This document shows positions 8,809 through 15,901 of a stretch of 36,213 bases of DNA, one piece after another (position 1 is the stretch's first letter; the number at the start of each line of letters is the position of its first letter). A program made the translations under genes and the position numbers. Below the pieces are notes generated by a model, which was not told the origin of the DNA, did not search any database, and worked only from the letters and a program-made list of their open reading frames with translations. Source of the DNA: a virus (Duplodnaviria; Caudoviricetes); the IMG/VR virus record IMGVR_UViG_3300017565_000033, positions 1-36,213 of that record. One strand, 5' to 3'.

Positions 8809-9897
8809 TCAGGTGTAGGTGATGGAGCTGAACGCCTTCGGCTGGCGAACCTTGAAGTCGCCCTTCACGATGGCGCGCACGGTCGTCTCGTCGTACTCGG
8901 CGCGGACGTCGTGTTCCGACAGGATGAGGTCTTCGTCGATGCCGTAGATGAACTGTCGCCAGTCCGCCGAGAAGGTGATGCGCGACACCGGGACGCGGGT
9001 CGTCATCACGAAGGGGAAGCCGCGAATCGTCCCCCTATCCAGCATCTCCTGACGGAACACCCAGACGCCGGAATTCTGGAGCTGAAGCAGCGCCGTCGCC
9101 CGCGTCGGGTGAAGGACCCACGCCGCGTTGCCCATGCGGACATGCGCCGTCAGCGGCAGCTCGACGGCCTTGTCGATGTCGGCCAAGTAGGCGGCCGACG
9201 TCGTCCCCGTCGAAGCGAAGGTGTGCGCCGCGTCGAGCTGAGCGAAGAGCCCCTTCGGCGCGGCGCCCGTACCGTCCCCGTTGAAGGCCGCGTCGTCCAG
9301 GCCATCGGCCACCGTCGCCCGGATGTCCTCGCCGACGCCCGCGTCACCCACGCCCGGCGTGCGCAGCAAGTCGTTGCTGATGTCAGTCAGCACCATGCCC
9401 TTGTGCGCCTTGAGGACAATCTTCCCGTACTTCGGCGCGCTCTTCGGCACCGTCTCGCCTTCGCCGACCCACTTGAAGACGGACGTCCCGGTTTGCTTGC
9501 CCATGTGCAGCTCGCCCTTGAACGTCTGCGTGCGCACGCCCAGCTTGAGCATCGCCGCGTCGGGCCGCAGGAACTCAATCACTTCGCCGCTCTGCTGGAT
9601 GGGCACCAGCACACCGGCCGAGTCGAACTTGCTGAGCTGAACGGCCTTCTGGACGTCGACGTTGCCGAAGCGCTTCGCCGCGTCGACCAGTTCGGCAGCT
9701 CCGGTGCGGCGGCCCGCCGCGATGACGCTCTTCGCGAAGGCGCCGAAGTTCTCCGCGCTCGCATAGACGCCAGTCACGCGCGGCGCATTGCCCGGCTCAG
9801 CCCGGCCCGGGGCACTTCGAGCGGCGGCGTCCATCAGCTCTCGCGCGACCTCGGGGCCCAGCGCCTTCACCATTTCTGCGATTTGCTCGCGAGTCAT
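8809..9897 (-). CDS. Major capsid protein (HK97 fold)
   Basis: AGVLVP, WVGEG, FNGDGTG..PKG, WVLHP and GTIRGFP motifs; follows the protease with ATGA overlap. Confidence 0.93.
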   Translation of the reverse strand: MTREQIAEMVKALGPEVARELMDAAARSAPGRAEPGNAPRVTGVYASAENFGAFAKSVIAAGRRTGAAELVDAAKRFGNVDVQKAVQLSKFDSAGVLVPIQQSGEVIEFLRPDAAMLKLGVRTQTFKGELHMGKQTGTSVFKWVGEGETVPKSAPKYGKIVLKAHKGMVLTDISNDLLRTPGVGDAGVGEDIRATVADGLDDAAFNGDGTGAAPKGLFAQLDAAHTFASTGTTSAAYLADIDKAVELPLTAHVRMGNAAWVLHPTRATALLQLQNSGVWVFRQEMLDRGTIRGFPFVMTTRVPVSRITFSADWRQFIYGIDEDLILSEHDVRAEYDETTVRAIVKGDFKVRQPKAFSSITYT

Positions 9898-10706
9898 TCC
9901 TTCACTCCTCGGAGGTAGCCCTTGAATGCCTCGACGAAGCTCTTCGCGGCGTCGGCGGCGTTGAATCCCTTCGTCTCGTCCTCTTCCTCGTCGCCCTCCG
10001 ACGGCTCGGCAGGCGACGGCTCTTCCTCGTCGGGTTCGCTCTTGCGCGCGTCCTCGACGTCTTCTTCGTTCGCCGACTTCTCTTCGGGCTCGGCGTCCTC
10101 TTCGTCCGTCGACTTCGCTTCGGCCCGTGCGTCGAGCAGCTCGACAACGCGCGTTGCAATCCGCGCGACGACGTCGTCGGCCCCTTCGTCCAGGGACTTC
10201 GAGCGCACGGCCCGCGCGTTCCCCGGAATCGTCACGACGGAGACTTCGAGAAGTTCCTGCGCGTCGCAGTCGTAGCCGCCGCGCTCGTTCTGCCGGTACT
10301 GGCCAGGAAGCATGAGGTAGCGGACGGAGACGGCATTCAGGATGCCCTTCGAAACCTTGCGCTCGACCTTCTTCGCGAACTCGTCTTCGTCGTCGAATTC
10401 GATGTCGACCATCAGGGCATCGCCTTCGACGTAGACGCGCCCCTTGCCAATCGGCAACTGCGGCTCGGCGCCCGTCATCGCGGCGCTCGCCCCGTCGTCG
10501 TGGTTGTAGAGGACGACGCCATTCGCGTTGTAGCCGTCCACCCGCCAGCCCTTCACGTTGAGCCGGTCCGAGTAGCGGTCGAAGTCGCCGTCACTCGCTT
10601 TGAACTTGTAGACGCGCCGACCGCCCATGGACTCGACGGCGCTCAACGTCGCCGCGTCCTTTCGAACGGCGCTCAGCCGCAGGGAGCGTGTAATGGTTCC
10701 AAGCAT
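9894..10706 (-). CDS. HK97-family prohead protease with acidic C-terminal extension
   Basis: DRYSD, VLYNHD, PIGK and ELLEVSVVTIPGN motifs; ATG 10706 follows motif L2 (the ORF-track start overlaps the portal). Confidence 0.9.
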   Translation of the reverse strand: MLGTITRSLRLSAVRKDAATLSAVESMGGRRVYKFKASDGDFDRYSDRLNVKGWRVDGYNANGVVLYNHDDGASAAMTGAEPQLPIGKGRVYVEGDALMVDIEFDDEDEFAKKVERKVSKGILNAVSVRYLMLPGQYRQNERGGYDCDAQELLEVSVVTIPGNARAVRSKSLDEGADDVVARIATRVVELLDARAEAKSTDEEDAEPEEKSANEEDVEDARKSEPDEEEPSPAEPSEGDEEEDETKGFNAADAAKSFVEAFKGYLRGVKE

Positions 10707-10710
10707 GCAC

Positions 10711-10744
10711 CCGGTAAATGCGTGCGACTTCTGCGAGTGGCTCA
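10711..10744 (-). promoter_or_regulatory. 34-bp phage motif copy L2
   Basis: TGAGCCACTCGCAGAAGTCGCACGCATTTACCGG; TGA is the portal stop; ATG 8 nt after CATTTA. Confidence 0.8.
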
Positions 10745-12088
10745 GCCGTCCTTCGTCGCCTCGGCATGCGCTTCCGCCGAGCTGCCCTCGACGGGCGTCG
10801 GCGTCTCTCCGGGCTCGTTGGGCTTCTGCCCCGGAAGCAGCTCCACGAAGCCCTGGCGCTCGGGGTGCGGCTTGAAGCCCGCCTCGACTCGCCACTCGTC
10901 GAAGGTGAAGGCGCTCGGGAGCGTCCCCATCACCCGCAGCCGGTGCTCGCGGTCGGCAGGCACGGGAGAGTCGTAGGAGAGAAGCACGTCGTCTCCGAAG
11001 CGAGGTGCCAGGTGCTTCTGCATCGACGCGAGGAAGACTTCGGCGCGCGGCTTCGTCGCCTGCTCGGCGAGGTGCTCGCGCGCCGCGTAGCTCGTCGCCT
11101 TGTTGCTGCTTGTCACGTCGCCCACAATCTCCGGCGGCACCCGGTACACCATCCGCACGAAGTCCATGAGGAAGCGGCGCAGGTCGACGAGCTGCATGTC
11201 GCGGAAGGGCGTGTCGAGCCGGGCAAACGTCGTCCGACCGCTCGTAATCATCACCCGGCCTGCGTTGGCGGGGCCCCCGTACTCACGCGCGAGCGACTCT
11301 TTGAAGGCCCTGGCAGGCCCGGCTTGCCCCTCGTTGAAGCCCTCAATCGCGATGACGGCCCCCGGGAGCATGTTGTTGAAGAAGGCGTTCTTCGTGAAGC
11401 GCGCCGCGTGCTCGTCGGTATCGACTTCGTCGCCCAGCGAGTAGGCGATGCCGATGCCACGGCCGAGCGGGTCAGCCGGATTCTGACGCTTCACGTAAAT
11501 CACGCTCGCCGCAGGGAGGAGGAATGTCCGCCCGCCAGCGGCCACCGTGTATGTCCGTTCCGACTTCCCCTTGCTCAAGTCAGGCAGCGCGAGCACGCAA
11601 TCGGGCGGCACCGGCCACAGGCCCACCGGCACGCCCGCCAGCTCTTCGACGACGGCGAAGAACTCGCCCGTCAAGTCGTAGTGCAGACAGAAGAGCTTCG
11701 CGAAGTCGCGGCCCGTCATGTAGTCGTTCGGGTCTGCCAGCAGTCGCAGCAACGGGTGGTCGGGCAGCTCCACCGCGCCCCCCACCTCGACGAGCGACTT
11801 CAACCGCTCCCGGCGCACGTCGCCACAGGCGCGCCGCAGCGACACGTCGACGAGCGACTTCCGCGTCGACGGGTCCTGCCGCGTGAAGGCCCGCCACGTC
11901 ACGTCCGCGAAGGCGTCGCCCACCGTGTCGACGATAGTGCCGAGCCACGGCATTTCGGCGTAGGCCGCGAGCAGCGCGGGCACCTCTCGGCGTGGCGGGG
12001 CCGAAGCCCAGCGGCTCAGCTCCAGGCCCGTTCCCTTGCGCTTGCTGCCCCCGCGAAACGCGGCGCGCATCCTGTCCAACATCCCCAT
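10742..12088 (-). CDS. Portal protein (HK97 family)
   Basis: HPLLRLLADPNDYMTG, FFNNMLPG, GPANAG, DMQLV and YRVPP motifs. Confidence 0.93.
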   Translation of the reverse strand: MGMLDRMRAAFRGGSKRKGTGLELSRWASAPPRREVPALLAAYAEMPWLGTIVDTVGDAFADVTWRAFTRQDPSTRKSLVDVSLRRACGDVRRERLKSLVEVGGAVELPDHPLLRLLADPNDYMTGRDFAKLFCLHYDLTGEFFAVVEELAGVPVGLWPVPPDCVLALPDLSKGKSERTYTVAAGGRTFLLPAASVIYVKRQNPADPLGRGIGIAYSLGDEVDTDEHAARFTKNAFFNNMLPGAVIAIEGFNEGQAGPARAFKESLAREYGGPANAGRVMITSGRTTFARLDTPFRDMQLVDLRRFLMDFVRMVYRVPPEIVGDVTSSNKATSYAAREHLAEQATKPRAEVFLASMQKHLAPRFGDDVLLSYDSPVPADREHRLRVMGTLPSAFTFDEWRVEAGFKPHPERQGFVELLPGQKPNEPGETPTPVEGSSAEAHAEATKDG

Positions 12089-12096
12089 GGAGAACC

Positions 12097-13512
12097 TCAC
12101 ACCGCGAAGAACTGTTCGACGAAGACAAGGTCGTGAACGCCCCAACAGAAGGCGTCGGCCCTGTCGTCGCGGCGCCCGTTGATGCCGGTGAACTTGCTGA
12201 GCTGCGCTTCGAGCTTCGGGAACGTCCCGACGAACTCGACGCGGCCCGCTTCGGCCAGGGCGGACACCGGCTCGGCGCGCTTGCTCTTCGCGCTCGTCGC
12301 CCGCACCGGCTTCACGTTGACGCTGACGCCCATCTCGCCCGCGACAGTGCTGATGAGCGTTTCCACCATCTCCCCGCCCGTGTTCACTTCGACGACGAGC
12401 GCGTCACACCCCCATTCGAGATAGGCCCGGATGGCCGTCGTCGCCCACTCACGGGGGCTCGCTCGGCGCGACAGGTCCGCCAGCACCGAAACGCGCTTGA
12501 GCGGCACCCCGTCGGCCCCGAAGAGCACGCTCGACTTGCACCCCTGGACGATGATGCCCGTTTCGTCCGAGCCGGTTTCGCTCGTCGGGCTCGGGTCCAC
12601 GCTGACGATGCGCCGGTCGAGCTGCTGCGCGTACTCGTGCGGGTCGGCCTCCACACGGCCCCACTTCGCCGAGCCGAAGATGGCCCCGGGCACGTCGAAG
12701 AGCAGGCGGCCGAGAACCTCTTGCTGTCCCCACCGGGTGTTCGCCAGGGCCCGCATGTTCGCCACGGCCGATGGAGCCAGGTTCGCCGCGTTGCTCAGCG
12801 AAGAGCCCGTGCGAAGCACCACGCCCGGCTTGAGTTCCTGCGTCTCCGCGTTCGCGAAGAGCAGCTCTTCAATCTTCTTCAGCGGGCGCGGCGTCCCGGT
12901 GAGGAGGAGCTGCGGCGGGTCCTCTCGCGAGCCGATGCGCAACACGAGCGGCAGTTGGTCCACCGCCGCCATGTCGTGTTTCCAGCTCGCAGGCTCGTCG
13001 CCCCAGCCCCATCCGGCATTCGGGCCACGCAGCCGGTCGGGCTTATCCGCCGAGTAGCAGATGGCATAGACGCCGTTGGGCCACGTCACCCGGCGCTTGC
13101 TGGGCTCGTACTTGGGGGTAAACCAGGGGGGCGACAGGGCGAGGATGCCGGACGCGCCGCGAATCATCGTGTCGCGCACGTCCGCCGCCGTCGGGCCGAT
13201 GAGGGCTCCGACGCTCTTCGCCTGCCACGCCTTTTTGATGACCCACCGGGCCCCGCACCACGTCTTCCCGAAGCCGCGCCCGGCCATGACGAAGCACGTC
13301 GAGAACTTGTCCGGGGGCGACTGCTCGCGGCGAGCCCAGAAGTCGAGGTCGTAAACGAGCAGCTCGACTTCCTTGTCGTCGAGCCCGCCGAAGAGCTTCG
13401 CGAGCTGAGCGCGGGAACCGGCCGTCTGGACCATCCGGGACGCGGGGGACTCGTGCGGCGCGAGCCCCTCGGCGAACTTCCCCCATGCGCCCTTCGACAG
13501 AAGGCTACGCAT
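12097..13512 (-). CDS. terL: Terminase large subunit
   Basis: Walker A AGRGFGKT, Walker B WGDE, nuclease domain VSVDP...DETGI...DRADA. Confidence 0.95.
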   Translation of the reverse strand: MRSLLSKGAWGKFAEGLAPHESPASRMVQTAGSRAQLAKLFGGLDDKEVELLVYDLDFWARREQSPPDKFSTCFVMAGRGFGKTWCGARWVIKKAWQAKSVGALIGPTAADVRDTMIRGASGILALSPPWFTPKYEPSKRRVTWPNGVYAICYSADKPDRLRGPNAGWGWGDEPASWKHDMAAVDQLPLVLRIGSREDPPQLLLTGTPRPLKKIEELLFANAETQELKPGVVLRTGSSLSNAANLAPSAVANMRALANTRWGQQEVLGRLLFDVPGAIFGSAKWGRVEADPHEYAQQLDRRIVSVDPSPTSETGSDETGIIVQGCKSSVLFGADGVPLKRVSVLADLSRRASPREWATTAIRAYLEWGCDALVVEVNTGGEMVETLISTVAGEMGVSVNVKPVRATSAKSKRAEPVSALAEAGRVEFVGTFPKLEAQLSKFTGINGRRDDRADAFCWGVHDLVFVEQFFAV

Positions 13513-13981
13513 CGCTCGCCCCCTTGTCCTCGGGCTGCTCGGACGGGGAGGCTTCGGCAGGCGTCGACGCGGGCAGCTCGTCCGGGAGGAACTTCCCCAG
13601 CCGGTCAATCAGCAGCTCGCGCAGCGCGGCGGTGTCGGCGGCTTGGTCCTCGGGGCTCTTCGCCTCGACGTTGTCGCGTCGGCCGTACAGCTCCGGGAAG
13701 CGGCGGCTCAAGAGCCACTGGACGTGCTTCGGGTTCGTCGTCGCGGCGGCCTGAAGAGTCTCCGTTGCCCCCTGCATGAACTCCGCTTCGGCCCGGTTCA
13801 CCGCGACGAAGAACTCGCGGTAGAGCCCGCGCGCCTCACTCGCGCCCCGGTGAAACCAGCGGGAGATGGTCTGCTCGTCGACGCCCACGAGGCCCGCCGC
13901 CGCTCGACGGAAGAGGCCCGCGCGCAAGTGCTCGCAGATTTGCCTTTGAACCTCGGGGGTCAGCTTTGTCGGTCTAGCCAC
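13505..13981 (-). CDS. terS: Terminase small subunit
   Basis: MARPTKLT start with an HTH, WLLSRRFPELYG; overlaps the terL start. Confidence 0.8.
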   Translation of the reverse strand: MARPTKLTPEVQRQICEHLRAGLFRRAAAGLVGVDEQTISRWFHRGASEARGLYREFFVAVNRAEAEFMQGATETLQAAATTNPKHVQWLLSRRFPELYGRRDNVEAKSPEDQAADTAALRELLIDRLGKFLPDELPASTPAEASPSEQPEDKGASDA

Positions 13982-13983
13982 AC

Positions 13984-14017
13984 ACGGTAAATGCGTGCGG
14001 TTTCTCGAACTTTTTCA
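13984..14017 (-). promoter_or_regulatory. 34-bp phage motif copy L3 (divergent 5' half)
   Basis: TGAAAAAGTTCGAGAAACCGCACGCATTTACCGT; terS GTG 6 nt after CATTTA. Confidence 0.75.
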
Positions 14018-14183
14018 TCGGGGGCGCCCAACAAAACGCACCGGCCCCGGTTTTTTATCGAAGTTTTTCAAACGTGTGGGCACTCCGAGCAAGCCAGGAA
14101 TTCGTCGCAGACAGAAAATCCGAGCCGGGGGGGCCCTCCCAGGTCATTTCACTCCGACAGCAACCCCGCTTCACAGGCAGTGA

Positions 14184-14495
14184 TTACCATTGCGTGGCAC
14201 GAATCCGCGCGCCGCATGCCTGCGCTTCGACACACGTCGCGCGCCAGCTACGGCGCCACGTCCCATCAGGCGCCTGCCGCTCGTCGACGGTCAGCGCGCC
14301 CTGTCCACGCGACAGGCGCACGCCGCACAGCTCGCACGGCATCGGGTACACGTTCGTCCGGCGTGTGGGCGCGACGTCCGCACAAGCCGCGTGTCGAGCG
14401 CCGACGGCACGCTCGTAGGTGATGCACTCGCCCCGTTCGATGGGCAGAGAGCACACGGCACAGCGGCCCATTCGGTTCGAGACGACGACGGGCAC
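14184..14495 (-). CDS. Small Cys-rich (double zinc-finger-like) protein
   Basis: Two CxxC modules (CAVC..HAAC; CELC..C..C); starts 1 nt after the sigma gene stop. Confidence 0.6.
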   Translation of the reverse strand: MPVVVSNRMGRCAVCSLPIERGECITYERAVGARHAACADVAPTRRTNVYPMPCELCGVRLSRGQGALTVDERQAPDGTWRRSWRATCVEAQACGARIRATQW

Positions 14496-14496
14496 G

Positions 14497-15303
14497 CTAC
14501 ATCCCCAGGCTGGCCATCAGCTCGCGCAGCTCAGCCAGCGCACGCGCGAGCATCCGGTCAATGCGGCTCTTCGGCGCGCCCCATGCTTCGGCCACGGAGC
14601 GCACCGACTGCGCCGGGCGGTTGAGGCCGAACACGCGCGAGACGAGTTCTCGCTGCTGCGGGGCCAATCGACGCACGGCCTCCAACGCGAGGGCTCGACG
14701 CTCAGCCGCCAGCAGCTCCGCCTCGGGCGTGTCGCTGTCGGGCTCCAGGCATGACATTTCGCGGAGTGCGGATTCCAACTCGTCGACCCACGAATCATCG
14801 GCGGAAGCACCGTCCGAGAAGTGAGACGGTATGTCCATGCGGTGGACGCGCACGACGTTGCCTTCGTTGCTATGGATTGAACGCGCGGTGCGACGCTTGT
14901 GCGCGCCGTCGCTCAGGTGAACGTCGGTGCCGTGCAAGCGCGCGTACTGCTCGCAGGCAGCCCGCGCCCGGAAGTAGGCAACTTGGCCGAACGACTGCCG
15001 CCCCCTCATGGCGTCGTACTTGGACACCGCGCGAAGCACCGCCATGGCGGCAACTTGCGCGAGGTCATCAGGCGACAACGAGCCCGCGATGGGCAAGAGG
15101 GCCCCGACGATACGCCGGATGAGGGGCCTCACGGAGTCGAGCAACTCAGCGGACAACCGTCGTTCCAGCACGGCGTTGCCGCTCGCGCGGGCCGACAGGA
15201 TGCGGGATACGAGTTCGGATTGCCGGGCCGCTCGAAGGCCGTACGCACTGTGTGAAACATGCTTTTTCGCACTACCCTTGCGACAAATTGCTGCGTGAGA
15301 CAT
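14497..15303 (-). CDS. Phage-encoded sigma70-family RNA polymerase sigma factor
   Basis: Region 2 DDLAQVAAMAVLRAVSKYDAMRGRQSF; region 4 LAPQQRELVSRVFGL...SVRSVAEAWG...RALAELR. Start uncertain: ORF is open from ATG 15501. Confidence 0.85.
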   Translation of the reverse strand: MSHAAICRKGSAKKHVSHSAYGLRAARQSELVSRILSARASGNAVLERRLSAELLDSVRPLIRRIVGALLPIAGSLSPDDLAQVAAMAVLRAVSKYDAMRGRQSFGQVAYFRARAACEQYARLHGTDVHLSDGAHKRRTARSIHSNEGNVVRVHRMDIPSHFSDGASADDSWVDELESALREMSCLEPDSDTPEAELLAAERRALALEAVRRLAPQQRELVSRVFGLNRPAQSVRSVAEAWGAPKSRIDRMLARALAELRELMASLGM

Positions 15304-15429
15304 CGCCCCAACAAGAGCATGCCGCATGCCGACCACGCTCGATTCACAGACAGTCACAGACACGGTGATTGAACGCCTCGCCCGGAGTGGGCCACTCGAA
15401 CCCGGCCCTGCGGCACCACTGCCGCGCCC

Positions 15430-15539
15430 CCGGTAAATGCGTGTGGATTCCGTCAGCGGCTCACGCAAACTCGAAAGGTGGCGACGAAGGCGAGTCGGCA
15501 TGTCCCGAGTAGATGCGTGCGACTTCCGCGAACGACTCA
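15430..15539 (-). repeat. Two tandem leftward motif copies L4 (15430-15463) and L5 (15506-15539)
   Basis: TGAGCCGCTGACGGAATCCACACGCATTTACCGG and TGAGTCGTTCGCGGAAGTCGCACGCATCTACTCG, 76-bp period. Confidence 0.8.
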
Positions 15540-15566
15540 GGCATCAACGCCCCGTCATCAATCAAG

Positions 15567-15642
15567 CTCTCTTCCTATCCTCTCTCCTTCTTCTCTTTAG
15601 AAAAGATGGAGTAGTAGAAAGGAGGATAGGTAATAGAGAAGG
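15567..15642. other. Pyrimidine-tract/purine-tract imperfect inverted repeat at the arm divergence (candidate origin/control centre)
   Basis: CCTATCCTC (15574-15582) is the reverse complement of GAGGATAGG (15622-15630); AT-rich relative to the flanks. Confidence 0.5.
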
Positions 15643-15703
15643 CTAAGGATTTGGGGGAACGCGCTCCAGTGCCGCATGACGCCGGACGCCCCGCCGCGAC
15701 AGC

Positions 15704-15898
15704 CGAGCCATTCGCGAAATCCGCACTCATTTACCAGGGGCGGCGCGACTGCCTGCCGCATCCGCCCGGCTGACGACTCCGTGGGCCATTCGGAAAATCC
15801 GCACCCATTTACCGGATGCCATGCACGTACCCCACACGCCTCCTGCCTCCGTCGCGCGCCTCGCTGAGCCACTCACAGAATCCGCACTCATTTACCCA
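15704..15898 (+). repeat. Three tandem rightward motif copies R1 (15704-15737), R2 (15782-15815), R3 (15865-15898)
   Basis: CGAGCCATTCGCGAAATCCGCACTCATTTACCAG, TGGGCCATTCGGAAAATCCGCACCCATTTACCGG, TGAGCCACTCACAGAATCCGCACTCATTTACCCA; periods 78 and 83 bp. Confidence 0.8.
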
Positions 15899-15901
15899 GG
15901 T

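Noticed and set aside
78-13779. Long plus-strand ORFs (78..1874, 2752..5103, 8911..9918, 10718..12136, 11992..13779)
   Set aside because: Antisense shadows of well-supported GC-rich structural genes; Arg-rich with no recognisable motifs
14018-14183. cos site upstream of terS
   Set aside because: The non-coding gap has G/C and T runs but no recognisable cohesive-end sequence; packaging mode cannot be determined from this sequence
15430-15898. CRISPR mini-array (34-bp repeats, 42-49 nt spacers, Cas4-like gene nearby)
   Set aside because: Repeats are degenerate and non-palindromic, flip orientation mid-cluster and recur singly at gene junctions; no cas1/cas2 or effector genes; Cas4-like nucleases are common in phage replication modules
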